A stretch of DNA of 64,000 nt from an uncultured Bacilli bacterium (GTDB lineage: Bacteria > Bacillota_I > Bacilli_A > RF39 > UBA660), in assembly GCA_910586865.1 (NCBI GenBank), contig CAJUIY010000001.1:19828-83827 (forward strand), given 5' to 3'. Below, in pieces: positions 30,344 through 40,953 of the stretch. The position numbers were made by a program, and so were the translations under genes. The notes under the pieces are model-generated. The model had not been told where the DNA came from, did no database searches, and worked only from the letters and a program-made list of their open reading frames with translations. Position 1 is the stretch's first letter. Each line of letters opens with the position of its first letter.

Positions 30344-31393
30344 TTAATCATTTTCATACATAGAATCAATTAAATCGAATAAGTTATCTTCATCTAAATC
30401 ATCACCATTATCTTTTGGTTCTTCTCTAATCATAGTATTCTTATTTTCATCATCATTTGATTCTACCTTAAAATCCGTATTTACTTCCTCATTCATAATA
30501 TAAGGACCTTCTTCTTGCTCCTCTTGGTATCTAGTATTTCTTTTTTCATTAGCAGTATCTTTATAATCAACATTATACTCTAAGCCTAGGTCTTCGAAAT
30601 ATTCTTCCGCATCTCCCATAGTAACCTTTTTTACTTCTGGTTTCGATTCACTTAAATCTAATAAATCATTGTCCATTAAACTACTAGCTTCCATTTCAGG
30701 TTCTTCGTTATGTCTTTCTGATGTCAATTCTTCTTCCAAAGTTCCATATGCCCTATTTCTTACTTCATCTACATTTAAGCTTTCTCTAGCATAAGTACTA
30801 GTAAGTCTAACTTCCCTTCTTGTTACTACATCCTCCCTTTTATAATTTTTATCTAAAATACCATAAATAGGAGATATAATCGGAGAAGGCTTGAAATATG
30901 TTTTTTCTTCCTTTTTCTCATAACCACCATATTCTGGTTCCTTAATTGGCATTTCATCAATACCATACGGTTTTATCTTCTTTTCCTTATTAGTGATTGC
31001 TGTATTCAGTCGTCTTCTTTCTTCAACACCTATTTTTGGAGATTCAATATTATCAACTTGAGGCTTCTTAAACTTTTCTTCTTTGGTATAAGTAAATTCG
31101 TTATCACTAACCATAGGAAATGTAAAATCTTTTTCCTCTTCTTTTTTACTTTCTACTTCTTTATGCACTTCTACTTCTCTTTTTGGCTCTTCTAAGTCTT
31201 CATGTGTTGTGATTCGCACTTCTTTCTTTTCTGGAAGAACAATTTTTTTTGCGATTGGTTTTTCTACATGACTTTCTTTACGTTGGGGTTTCGCTTCCTT
31301 TTTAGAAGCTTTCTTTCCTTTTTTTGTTTTTTCTTCCACCTCAACGTATTCTTCTTCGAAAAGAGCATTTTTTAACTTATCCATTAATTTCAT
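30344..31393 (-). CDS. highly acidic low-complexity protein, hypothetical
   Basis: E/K/D-rich, 349 aa. Confidence 0.4.
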   Translation of the reverse strand: MKLMDKLKNALFEEEYVEVEEKTKKGKKASKKEAKPQRKESHVEKPIAKKIVLPEKKEVRITTHEDLEEPKREVEVHKEVESKKEEEKDFTFPMVSDNEFTYTKEEKFKKPQVDNIESPKIGVEERRRLNTAITNKEKKIKPYGIDEMPIKEPEYGGYEKKEEKTYFKPSPIISPIYGILDKNYKREDVVTRREVRLTSTYARESLNVDEVRNRAYGTLEEELTSERHNEEPEMEASSLMDNDLLDLSESKPEVKKVTMGDAEEYFEDLGLEYNVDYKDTANEKRNTRYQEEQEEGPYIMNEEVNTDFKVESNDDENKNTMIREEPKDNGDDLDEDNLFDLIDSMYEND

Positions 31394-31399
31394 GCATAT

Positions 31400-32059
31400 C
31401 TACTCCCCTTCTTCAACTTTTAAGTTATCCTCATCGATTTCTTCTTCTTCAATCTTTTCATATTCTTTCACATAATCAAGGAAATCATCTGTCTTCTTCT
31501 TTGTATTAAATATATCATATGTCTCTTCTTTATAATCTAAAATATTTTCACCAATTGTTGTTGATAAGACATTTTTATTATACTTAACAGAAGAAAGCAT
31601 AGCACCAATATTAGTTAATGCATCCCTAAGACTATTTTTATTTACAAATGCTTCTACCTTCATATAATGATACATTCCCTCTACGAAATAACCATTCGCA
31701 TCCTCATTGATTTCTAAATAACCAAAAGAATCTTTATACTTAATTTTTTTAGAATAAAATGCATTTTTATCTACCTTATAATTCTTCTTGACTTGATGGT
31801 AGTAACTTACTACATCCACATATAAATAAAAATAATTATTGTCCTTATCTTTTAATGTTGCATTATAAGCATCTTTACTAATAAAGGTTAATCCTTTCGG
31901 AATATAGTAACTATAACCATCAAAATTAGAATTCTTAATATTGGTATTTCTTTTTATCATTGTATCAACAATAGAATCAATATCCCCACTTGATAAATTA
32001 GCATTACTACATCCTGTAATACATAAAACCATACCGAGTAATATCCATAATTTTTTCAT
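31400..32059 (-). CDS. lipoprotein, hypothetical
   Basis: Signal peptide MKKLWILLGMVLCITGC with lipobox ITGC. Confidence 0.55.
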   Translation of the reverse strand: MKKLWILLGMVLCITGCSNANLSSGDIDSIVDTMIKRNTNIKNSNFDGYSYYIPKGLTFISKDAYNATLKDKDNNYFYLYVDVVSYYHQVKKNYKVDKNAFYSKKIKYKDSFGYLEINEDANGYFVEGMYHYMKVEAFVNKNSLRDALTNIGAMLSSVKYNKNVLSTTIGENILDYKEETYDIFNTKKKTDDFLDYVKEYEKIEEEEIDEDNLKVEEGE

Positions 32060-32123
32060 ATTTCACCTACTCTTACATTTTATTATAACAAAATTTATAG
32101 AAAAATAAAAATATTTTAATCGA

Positions 32124-32765
32124 CTATTTACTCTTTTGGACAGATGAGGTAGCATCGAGTGAATAAATAGTCATTCCCCTACTTACAAATTTATCTTCAT
32201 ATTCTGTTGTAATAAAGACTTCCTCCTTACTATGTAAATCAAGTGAAACACTCTCTAATACATAACCTTTCTTACTGATTTCTTCTAACGAATATTCAAA
32301 TAATTCTCTATTGTCAGTTCGCATTTCTATTTCTTTTTTTTCTTTAAAGATAACATCATACTTATCTAAAAAAATAGGACTAGTTAATCTTCTTAAATGA
32401 TGTCTTTTTTTAGGCCAAGGATCCGAAAAGTTTAGATAAATTTTACGAATCTCCTTAAAAAAGACTTTATCAATTTCTAAAGCATCCATTCGTATGAAAT
32501 ATAAGTTAGAGTACTCTTCCTCTATATGATTTAATGCTTTTGCCAAAATACTATCAAATTTTTCAATACCAATAAAATTAATATTAGGATATTTTTTCGC
32601 ATTTTCCTTAATAAATTTACCCTTCCCCACTCCTATTTCAATATAAATGGGATTCTGATTTTGAAACAAAGCATTCCATTTACCACAATAATCGTCGGGG
32701 TTCTTTATTAAATACTTTGACTGATTTAGTATCTCCTCTTTATTTTTTACGTTTCTAAGTCTCAT
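32124..32765 (-). CDS. trmB: tRNA (guanine-N7)-methyltransferase
   Basis: IEIGVGKGKF SAM motif, FSDPWPKKRHHLRR. Confidence 0.88.
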   Translation of the reverse strand: MRLRNVKNKEEILNQSKYLIKNPDDYCGKWNALFQNQNPIYIEIGVGKGKFIKENAKKYPNINFIGIEKFDSILAKALNHIEEEYSNLYFIRMDALEIDKVFFKEIRKIYLNFSDPWPKKRHHLRRLTSPIFLDKYDVIFKEKKEIEMRTDNRELFEYSLEEISKKGYVLESVSLDLHSKEEVFITTEYEDKFVSRGMTIYSLDATSSVQKSK

Positions 32766-32847
32766 AATATCCTTCCTTTTTTGTTATCCTTATTCTATCA
32801 CAAACTAGTCCCATTTGCATATAATAAAAAGAATAAAGGAGTAAATT

Positions 32848-33063
32848 ATGAATTATATGCCTTATCCATATATGCCAGATATGAATAATATGCCACAAAT
32901 CGATCATTCATACCAAGAATTAGAAGGAAGAATTAGTAGACTAGAAAGAGAAGTTAGAAGATTAGAACAAAAAGTAAGTAGATTAGAACAAAAAGAGATG
33001 AAACCTCTATCTAGTACTCCAAATAATTCTATCAATGACAATTCTAGCATATATATGGTTTAG
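32848..33063 (+). CDS. small coiled-coil protein with YPYMPDM N-terminus, hypothetical (spore-coat-like composition)
   Basis: Good ribosome-binding site AAAGGAG. Heptad-like RLEREVRRLEQKVSRLEQ. Confidence 0.4.
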   Translation: MNYMPYPYMPDMNNMPQIDHSYQELEGRISRLEREVRRLEQKVSRLEQKEMKPLSSTPNNSINDNSSIYMV

Positions 33064-33347
33064 AACACAAAAGTGGTGTTCTTTTTTCTTGTGGGAAAAC
33101 GTCTTTTATGATAAAATATAAAGTAATTTCTGAAAGAAATAAAGGAGAGATTTGGTGGTAGCAAAAAAAGAAAAATATTTCAAAAATTAGATTATTTATT
33201 TAAGGAAGGAATAAAAAATGGTAGTATTTCTCCCTTTGATAAAGAACTTTATGAAAAAATGAATCATACTTATGTGAAAGGAATTCCTGTATCAATATTT
33301 AAATCCAGCCTTACAATCATGGAAAATGTCTCGATGAAAGTTTATAT

Positions 33348-33782
33348 ATGTTCTTTTGCTTCCAAGATGCTTTATTAGTAAGAGGAAATTGTATAGATTT
33401 AGAATTAAAGGATAAAAATCCCTATCATGGATGGATTGAAATAAAAGATGATGTATATGACCCCTCTCGTCTATTAAAATTTAAAAAAGAAGTTTTCTAT
33501 CAATTATATAAACCAACTAAAATTATAAGCTGTAATGTAGAACAATATAAAAAGATTAGCAAAGAAAACAAAGAACTTTTAGAAGAGGTACAAAATACAA
33601 CATTAGAAGATCTTCAACCAAATGGTAAAAGAAGAGGACAGTTATTTTTGATAGCACCAATATTACAAGCTTTGGCTAATGTATCTAAGGTAGAAGGATT
33701 CCAACAAGAAGTTTATCAATATTTTGAGTCTATCCAATATGAACCAATAGAATTAGAACTACCATTTCAAAAAAGAAAATAA
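33348..33782 (+). CDS. hypothetical protein, possibly the 3' part of a frameshift-disrupted gene
   Basis: An open frame without ATG (33127-33375, other frame) overlaps and precedes it. See findings. Confidence 0.3.
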   Translation: MFFCFQDALLVRGNCIDLELKDKNPYHGWIEIKDDVYDPSRLLKFKKEVFYQLYKPTKIISCNVEQYKKISKENKELLEEVQNTTLEDLQPNGKRRGQLFLIAPILQALANVSKVEGFQQEVYQYFESIQYEPIELELPFQKRK

Positions 33783-33880
33783 TTTATGAATAAGAGGTTT
33801 TTGAAAAATTTTTCTTCTTATTTATTTTTTTATGGATAACTTCGTCCTTTGTGGTATAATAAATATATATAGTAGATGAG

Positions 33881-35197
33881 GTGATATCTTTGAAATTAGT
33901 AGAACTAAAAGAAACAGATTATGAAAAATTTATAACAGAACACAAAGAAAAATCACATTTTCTTCAATCTTATATATGGGGGGAGTTTTCAAAAAAGAAA
34001 AAAAAATTAACTCCCTATTATTTAGGACTAGAAAATAAGAATCAGCAAATAGTTGCTACTGCATTGTTATTACAAAAAAAATTACCATTAGGATATTCCT
34101 ATTTCTACTCTCCTCGTGGATTTATGATTGATTATTTAGATAAAGATTTATTATCTGAATTGACTCATAAAATAAAAGATTATATAAAACCGAAAAAAGC
34201 AATCTTCTTAAAAATAGATCCACCTATTATCATTCGAAAAGAGAATTATTTAGGAGAAGAAAAGAAATTAGAATATAATGTGGATACTATCTTTCATAAT
34301 TTATCTCAAGTTGGATTTAAACATCAAGGATTTACTAAAAACTTTGAAACGATGCAACCAAGATATACTTTTCGAATTGACTTAGAAAAAACACAAGAAG
34401 AAATAGACAGTCATTTTTCAAAAACTACCAAACAAAGAATTCAAAAAGCAATTCGCTTAGGTACGAAGGTAAGAATTGGTACAGAAGAAGATATCGATAC
34501 TTTTTATAATTTAATGCTTCTAACAGAGGATAGAAAAGATTTTGTATCTTATTCAAAAGACTACTATGAAGAATTATTTTCTATTTTTAATAAAAAAAAT
34601 AATGTAAAATTATTTATTGGATATCTCGATTTCGATGAAGTATTAAGTCATTTAAAAGAAGAAGAAAAAGAGCTAAACAAAAAAATAGAGGAAATAGACC
34701 CTAATACTTCTAGTAAAAATGGAAAAAGAAAATTAAAAGATTATAAAACATCTTTGGAAAATTTAAAAAAAGAAATAGAAAAATACCAACAAGCAAAAGA
34801 AAAATATGGAAAGACAATTGCGTTAAATGCTCATATGATTATTCTTTATCAGGAGAAAGCATGGGTACTATATGCAGGAAATCATAATGTATTAACCGAA
34901 AGTTATGCCAACTATCATACTTACTATGAACATATTAAATATTGTAAAAATCACAACATAAAAATTTATGATCAATTTGGAACGATTGGAGATTTAGATA
35001 AAAATAATAAAAGAATGGGGTTACATGAATTTAAGAAAAAATTTGGTGGAGATTATATCGAGTTTATTGGCGAATTTGACTATATTACCAATCACTTTAT
35101 GTACTTTATTTTCACAAAGTTAGTACCATTATATAGAAAGATAATTCGATTTAAAAGTAAAAAGGAGGTAAATTATGAGGCTAAGGCAAATAAATAA
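33881..35197 (+). CDS. FemAB-family peptidoglycan interpeptide-bridge aminoacyltransferase
   Basis: N-terminal FLQSYIWGEF...YFYSPRGFMIDY and the central coiled-coil arm typical of FemA/FemX. Confidence 0.75.
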   Translation: MISLKLVELKETDYEKFITEHKEKSHFLQSYIWGEFSKKKKKLTPYYLGLENKNQQIVATALLLQKKLPLGYSYFYSPRGFMIDYLDKDLLSELTHKIKDYIKPKKAIFLKIDPPIIIRKENYLGEEKKLEYNVDTIFHNLSQVGFKHQGFTKNFETMQPRYTFRIDLEKTQEEIDSHFSKTTKQRIQKAIRLGTKVRIGTEEDIDTFYNLMLLTEDRKDFVSYSKDYYEELFSIFNKKNNVKLFIGYLDFDEVLSHLKEEEKELNKKIEEIDPNTSSKNGKRKLKDYKTSLENLKKEIEKYQQAKEKYGKTIALNAHMIILYQEKAWVLYAGNHNVLTESYANYHTYYEHIKYCKNHNIKIYDQFGTIGDLDKNNKRMGLHEFKKKFGGDYIEFIGEFDYITNHFMYFIFTKLVPLYRKIIRFKSKKEVNYEAKANK

Positions 35198-36353
35198 GAA
35201 AGAATTTGAAACGTTTTGTAAAGCATCTCCACTTAGTAACTTTTTTCAAACAAAAGAATATGCAGAACTAAAAAGAAAAGAAGGCTACCATACTTACTTT
35301 GTAGGTCTAGATGATAGTGGTAGACTTTTAGCAGCAACATTACTAATATCGAGTGAATTTACTATAACAAAAAAAAGGGTATTCTTCTGTCCAAGAGGAT
35401 ATATTATAGACTATAGAAATCAAGAACTACTAAATACATTTACCAAAGAGTTAGTTGCTTATGTGAAAGAAAAAAAAGGAATCTTAATAAAGATAACTCC
35501 TAACTTAATGTTAAAGGAGAGAGATAAAAATGGAGAACTTGTCTCTGGAGGAATGAACAATAGTAAGTGTGTTGAAAATTTACTAGATATTGGTTATAAG
35601 AGAATTAGCTCCTATTATCTTGTTAATCCTAATTTTTTATATACTTTAGATTTAAAAGGAAAAAATAATGAAGAGATATATGAAAATATCTCTTCAGATG
35701 TGAAAAGTATTATTGAAAGAAATGAAAAAATAGGAATTACAATCTCAAAAATAGAGAAAGAAGATTCTGATAAATTTTTAAGTATCTTAAGAAATTGTTC
35801 TAATCGTATCGACTATTTTAAAAAAAATGATAAGAGTTATAAAAATGTAATCTCTATATTATCGAATTATAATATGATTGATGTGATAACAGCCGAACTA
35901 GATATTGACAAGTACCTCGAAGTTACTAGAAGAAGCTTAGAAAATGTATTAAATGATAATGACCTATCTGCTCAAGTACAAAAACAATTGGAAATTATCA
36001 ATAGCCTCCAATATAAGTATGGTCATAAAGTATCTTTAGGTACCCTTCTTGCTGTTTCTTATAACAATCAATATTTAACCTTATGTATCGCAGGCATGGA
36101 TAAATTTAAAAATTTTGATCCAATCTCTACTTTAATATGGGAGAGTATAAAAAGAGCAAAAAAACTAAGTGCTACAAAATATATCTTTTATGGAATGGAT
36201 ATTAATCTTGAAAAGGAAAATAACTTGATACATTATTATCAAAAATTTAATGGAAAGGCTGTAGAATTAATTGGAGAATATGATTTCGTAATTGACCAAA
36301 GATATTATCAAAAATATTTGAAAAAACAAGAAAAAATAAAGAATAAGAAATAA
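35175..36353 (+). CDS. FemAB-family peptidoglycan interpeptide-bridge aminoacyltransferase (tandem paralog)
   Basis: FFQTKEYAELK...FFCPRGYIIDY. Overlaps the first fem gene by 23 nt. Confidence 0.75.
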   Translation: MRLRQINKKEFETFCKASPLSNFFQTKEYAELKRKEGYHTYFVGLDDSGRLLAATLLISSEFTITKKRVFFCPRGYIIDYRNQELLNTFTKELVAYVKEKKGILIKITPNLMLKERDKNGELVSGGMNNSKCVENLLDIGYKRISSYYLVNPNFLYTLDLKGKNNEEIYENISSDVKSIIERNEKIGITISKIEKEDSDKFLSILRNCSNRIDYFKKNDKSYKNVISILSNYNMIDVITAELDIDKYLEVTRRSLENVLNDNDLSAQVQKQLEIINSLQYKYGHKVSLGTLLAVSYNNQYLTLCIAGMDKFKNFDPISTLIWESIKRAKKLSATKYIFYGMDINLEKENNLIHYYQKFNGKAVELIGEYDFVIDQRYYQKYLKKQEKIKNKK

Positions 36354-36424
36354 ATTATTCTTTTTTATTATAAGAATGTAAAGTATCTGTCATCTTTTTA
36401 TAATTTATTGTAGATAAAAACAAT

Positions 36425-37345
36425 ATGTGCCATAATGAAGATAGAGGTGAAATAATGAGTAAAAATAATGACTATTATAAAACATTAGGAATTTCCAGAA
36501 ATGCAACTGAAGAGGAAATAAAAAAAGCCTATAGAGAAAAATCTAGAAAATACCATCCCGATAACAATCCTCAAGATCCAAATGCAGAAAAAATATTTAA
36601 AGATATAACGGAAGCATACAGTGTACTATCAGATGATAAGAAAAGAAAGAAATATGACTTAGAAACTCTTAATACATCGAGTGAAAGAAGAAATCAGGCT
36701 TATAACAATGGTTCAAATCAAAAAGGTTATGGAACGGTGAAAAGCGAAATGGATCACATTTTTAATCCTTTTGGCAATGTGAATTCCAAATCCTATAAAA
36801 AGAACTCTTTTGGTAATTCTTCAAATAAAAACAATAATTTTGATGAAATTATAGCAATTGAAAAGGCAATGAATGAGGCACAGGAGAAGTTAGACGCCTT
36901 ATACCGCGAATTACGAAAACAAAGAGATGATACTGATTATGAAAAGCAACTTCGCCTATTTGAGTCCAAATTAAAATCAACGGAAGAATATCAAGAAGCA
37001 GTAAATTTTATTCAAAAAATAAGTACTAAGAATAATTTAACCAAACTATTTATTACTAGTAAGAATAGAGTACGCTATGAAGAAAATAAAAAATATATAG
37101 AAGAAGTAAATAATAAAGTTAAAGAGGAAAAAATAAGATTAGATGAAAAAAGAGAGGAAAAGAGAAAGGAGTTAAAACAAAATGAGACAGAGATATTTAG
37201 AAAAATAGAAGAAACAAAACAAAGGAAAACTTCACTAGAAAGGGAATACAACTTCCATCCATTATTTAGTTCCTATGAAGTCCATAAAATGACAGCTAAC
37301 CAAAAAAAAGATAATAACCCAAAAACAGAAAAAAATAAAAAATAG
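36425..37345 (+). CDS. J-domain protein with Lys/Glu-rich C-terminal region (no DnaJ zinc-finger)
   Basis: [31 protein letters not shown]...[14 protein letters not shown]; likely start at MSKNNDYY. Confidence 0.7.
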   Translation: MCHNEDRGEIMSKNNDYYKTLGISRNATEEEIKKAYREKSRKYHPDNNPQDPNAEKIFKDITEAYSVLSDDKKRKKYDLETLNTSSERRNQAYNNGSNQKGYGTVKSEMDHIFNPFGNVNSKSYKKNSFGNSSNKNNNFDEIIAIEKAMNEAQEKLDALYRELRKQRDDTDYEKQLRLFESKLKSTEEYQEAVNFIQKISTKNNLTKLFITSKNRVRYEENKKYIEEVNNKVKEEKIRLDEKREEKRKELKQNETEIFRKIEETKQRKTSLEREYNFHPLFSSYEVHKMTANQKKDNNPKTEKNKK

Positions 37346-37374
37346 GTATACTTACTATACTTATTTTTTGTTAT

Positions 37375-39039
37375 TTATTTTCTTCTCTTAGTAAATTTAT
37401 CCATCATTTTTTTACCAAAAATTGCTTCAATCGAGTTTGTTTTATACATATAGAAGAAATAGACTAGAATTCCAACTACAGCATACACTAAAATGATGAT
37501 AATATTTAAAAATCTAGTAGGAGAAGAGATTGGTATTATAAATTTAAGTAGAAATAAACTAATCACCATAATAGAAGTTCCTAATAGAGAATTTAACATT
37601 TGCTTTATTGTCATTTCATAGTTAACACCACATTTTCTGTTAAGTGCTACTAGACAAATCACAAAGGATAAAACATAACCTATAATAGAAGCAAAAATTG
37701 AGCCATAGTATGCAGGTAAGCCTAAATCATAGAATTGATGGATTAATCCAACATTAATTAATGATTTTAGTAAAAGACCAGATAATAGACTGATAAATAC
37801 AACCTTGTAATATTTTAATACTTGTGTAATCGTAATCGCTGTTGTAAATAAGGCCGTAATTAAAGCAACAAATACATAAAACGTTAAAACAGAAGAACCA
37901 TATTTACTTGGACCATAAAAAATCATATAAGCTGGTTCCGCTAAAAAACTTAAACCCACTGTCATAGGAAGAATAAGAAAAAATAACATTTGAAAGCTTT
38001 GATTAATCTTTTTATGAACATCTTTCATATTTCCTACTACTAAAGAGGATGTTAAGTTTGGAGTTAGAGAAACAATCATACCTGTTGATATCGAAATAAT
38101 AATCATATTAAACTTAGCTCCCCAAGTAGATAAAATACTCATAATACTTTCTGCTGTTTCCGTTCCATAAATAGGACCCAATGTTTTTACAACGGTTACA
38201 GTATCCACCATACTATAAAGAGATTTAAAAATATCAATCATAATAAGTGGAAAAGCATAAATCATTATCTTTCTGAAAATGGTCTTATTGCTAATTTTTG
38301 GCTCCTCTACTTTTATTTCCCTTTCTGTAAATTTACTTTTATTTTTCCATCTTTTTTCAATTAAATAAAAATAAGAAGCAAAAGATCCTAAAGTTGCACC
38401 AAAAACGGCTACTCCAACGGCAGTGGTTAAAGAAAGATGAAATACTTTTAATGCCATAAAGCTACCTATTACAATAACAGCAACTCTTACAATTTGCTCA
38501 AAAACCTGAGAAATAGCAGTTGGTGTAATAAATTTATGACCTTCGAAATAGCCTCGATAAATACTAAGAACTGGAACGACAATGATAGCAGTTGATATAA
38601 TTCGAATGACATAAGTAACATCTTGAATCGTGTTTCCACCTTTTAAATCTCCAAGTATGGCATTAGCAAGTTGTGGAGCAAAAATAAATAATATAATAAA
38701 GCATAAAATACCCAAAGTAATAGCAATTTGCTTTCCTATTTTAAAAGCTCTTTGCTTGGCATCATAATACCCTAAAGTTTGATATTCACTAATAATTTTA
38801 CTAATAGCGAGAGGAATACCTGCGGAAGAAATTGCCATAAAAACTAGATAAATTGAGTAAGCATATCCATATAATGCACCACCTTTTTCTCCAATAATTG
38901 AATAAAATGGAATCACATATAGAATACCTAATATTTTAGTAATGACAATTCCAAGAGTTGCAATAAAGGCACCTTGCATAAAATTATTTTTTTTCATGAC
39001 ATCCTTATTTCTATTTATTTTTTCTCTTTTTTTTCTCAT
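37375..39039 (-). CDS. MOP-superfamily polysaccharide/lipid-II flippase (SpoVB/YtgP/MurJ-like)
   Basis: About 14 predicted transmembrane helices. N-terminus GAFIATLGIVITKILGILYVIPF...YGYAYSIY is typical of SpoVB/YtgP proteins. Confidence 0.7.
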   Translation of the reverse strand: MRKKREKINRNKDVMKKNNFMQGAFIATLGIVITKILGILYVIPFYSIIGEKGGALYGYAYSIYLVFMAISSAGIPLAISKIISEYQTLGYYDAKQRAFKIGKQIAITLGILCFIILFIFAPQLANAILGDLKGGNTIQDVTYVIRIISTAIIVVPVLSIYRGYFEGHKFITPTAISQVFEQIVRVAVIVIGSFMALKVFHLSLTTAVGVAVFGATLGSFASYFYLIEKRWKNKSKFTEREIKVEEPKISNKTIFRKIMIYAFPLIMIDIFKSLYSMVDTVTVVKTLGPIYGTETAESIMSILSTWGAKFNMIIISISTGMIVSLTPNLTSSLVVGNMKDVHKKINQSFQMLFFLILPMTVGLSFLAEPAYMIFYGPSKYGSSVLTFYVFVALITALFTTAITITQVLKYYKVVFISLLSGLLLKSLINVGLIHQFYDLGLPAYYGSIFASIIGYVLSFVICLVALNRKCGVNYEMTIKQMLNSLLGTSIMVISLFLLKFIIPISSPTRFLNIIIILVYAVVGILVYFFYMYKTNSIEAIFGKKMMDKFTKRRK

Positions 39040-39238
39040 TTCAACTACTCCTTTTTTAAGTAATAGGTAACACCTATTATTTATTATATCATAATTTTGT
39101 AAAATAATTTTTTTATATCCTAATTTTAATAGAAAAGAAAAGGTTACGTTACGGTAAATAATTGATTTTCTTTTTTAAAATTATTGTTTTTTCAACTTTC
39201 ATTGTCATAATTAAAAATAGAAAAGAAAGAGAAGAATA

Positions 39239-39463
39239 ATGGATAATCAAAAAAGTTCAAATCAATCTATTGAATCAATCAAGAAAAAGAAAAATATACC
39301 AATAACAACCATCTTACTAGTAATAACCATATTAGGAATGAGCTTTTATATCATGTATGAAAAAGAAATTATCTTTTCTAATATCAAAGTACAAGATAAA
39401 AAAGAAAATAAAAAAACATTGAAGAAAAGAATAAGCAGGATAACAAAGAAAATGAATTACTAG
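39239..39463 (+). CDS. small single-transmembrane protein, hypothetical
   Basis: ORF with a weak ribosome-binding site. Confidence 0.3.
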   Translation: MDNQKSSNQSIESIKKKKNIPITTILLVITILGMSFYIMYEKEIIFSNIKVQDKKENKKTLKKRISRITKKMNY

Positions 39464-39540
39464 AAATAAAATCATTAGACATTTCAAAATGTTTAAACAA
39501 TACAACAAATATATATAGTAATTACACTGAATTTTACATA

Positions 39541-39771
39541 ATGAATAATCAAACAGTTAAATATACACCAATGTTTGTAAGAAAAACAGATAGTCAGAAT
39601 GATACCTACTATGAAATAAACTATCGTTTTCAAAAAGGAACAGATGGAAAAATAACGGGGACTCATTTCGCTACTAATGGTACTTTAGTTGATGTAAAAA
39701 GTGTTGTGAAATTGTATTCAGCAGATACTTCTAATAGAATTAGTTGGCGTACTACTAAAGGAGCAACATAA
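39541..39771 (+). CDS. hypothetical small protein
   Basis: ORF only; weak ribosome-binding site. Confidence 0.25.
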   Translation: MNNQTVKYTPMFVRKTDSQNDTYYEINYRFQKGTDGKITGTHFATNGTLVDVKSVVKLYSADTSNRISWRTTKGAT

Positions 39772-39858
39772 ATATAGTAGTTTCTATGATTTGGGAGCTA
39801 TGATACCACAATAATTAAAAAACTGATTTTAGAATTCATTTTCTAAGAATCAGTTATT

Positions 39859-40029
39859 TTAATAATACACAATCATAGCAGAAAAACAATAAATTTGCTC
39901 TTCTCCAAGCATCGCACAACTCACTTGATATTTAATATCTACTACTTCCTTTTCTAATCCATCTAAGAAGTTATTGACAGATTCTTCTAAATCTTTTTCA
40001 TTCTCTTCATCGAATATTTTTACCTTCAT
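39859..40029 (-). CDS. cse60: sporulation protein Cse60 (56 aa), absent from the ORF track
   Basis: MKVKIFDEENEKDLEESVNNFLDGLEKEVVDIKYQVSCAMLGEEQIYCFSAMIVYY matches B. subtilis Cse60 (…KVFDCEHEKDLEE…DIKYSV…QIYCFSA…). Confidence 0.7.
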   Translation of the reverse strand: MKVKIFDEENEKDLEESVNNFLDGLEKEVVDIKYQVSCAMLGEEQIYCFSAMIVYY

Positions 40030-40089
40030 TTAATCACCAAGGAAAGTATAAATAATTTTTTCCACAAAAATTGTTGAAAAAAGAGAAAA

Positions 40090-40893
40090 TTACCTTCTAG
40101 ACTTTAAATATCTTTTCACTTCTTTTGTATTTTTATAATCAATGCTCATAATCTCATCTAATCGCTTCATATTTAGATTGGCGTCATATTCTCTATTAAA
40201 GGATCTCATGAAGCTTTTTGCTCGTGCATAACCCTTGGATGGAAGGTCTCCATTGGCATACAACAAACTAAGCATTACTAACTTTAAAGTTTCATCTCTT
40301 AATACAATACTATCCTTATGATTTAAAACACGTTTCTCTAATTCTTGATAATCTATTTTCTGCGGATTTCTTTGTAATATACTATATAAATCTTCTACAC
40401 TTTCAATTTGTTCAGTATCTTCTAAAAATTCGTCTTTTTTTAATTCCCATATATCAAGGTCATCGATGACTCCTTCGGAATCAACAGAAATGAGCTTCCG
40501 ATGGGGAAAATCATAGGAATCATTCTTTGTTAAAGTAATCATTCCACCATAACTACATTTTAAAAAGCTTAATTGATCATGGCGTAATTGATACTGAAGT
40601 TGTTTCATATCCAATAATTTTGATAATTGAATACACCTATCAAGTTCTGCATCTTCTTCTCTAGATACCCATCCCACACTATCCAACATTTTTGATGGAT
40701 ATTTAAATTCATAAAAACGAGTAATCTGATTAATTAAATCTTGAATTTCATTTAAACTCAATATCGTAGAAAAGTTCTTTTTTCGCATTCTATTAAAGTG
40801 AGATAAAAATTTAGGATTTCTTTTAACAATATACTCCTTATTATCTAGTTTTTCAAAATTCTCCCATTCTATTCCAAGCATATGATATCGCAT
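40090..40893 (-). CDS. hypothetical protein (267 aa)
   Basis: ORF only. Confidence 0.35.
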   Translation of the reverse strand: MRYHMLGIEWENFEKLDNKEYIVKRNPKFLSHFNRMRKKNFSTILSLNEIQDLINQITRFYEFKYPSKMLDSVGWVSREEDAELDRCIQLSKLLDMKQLQYQLRHDQLSFLKCSYGGMITLTKNDSYDFPHRKLISVDSEGVIDDLDIWELKKDEFLEDTEQIESVEDLYSILQRNPQKIDYQELEKRVLNHKDSIVLRDETLKLVMLSLLYANGDLPSKGYARAKSFMRSFNREYDANLNMKRLDEIMSIDYKNTKEVKRYLKSRR

Positions 40894-40953
40894 CCTCTCT
40901 CTATTATTTTATCCAAAAAGTTTGTGGATAATGATTATTTACAATAAATAAGT

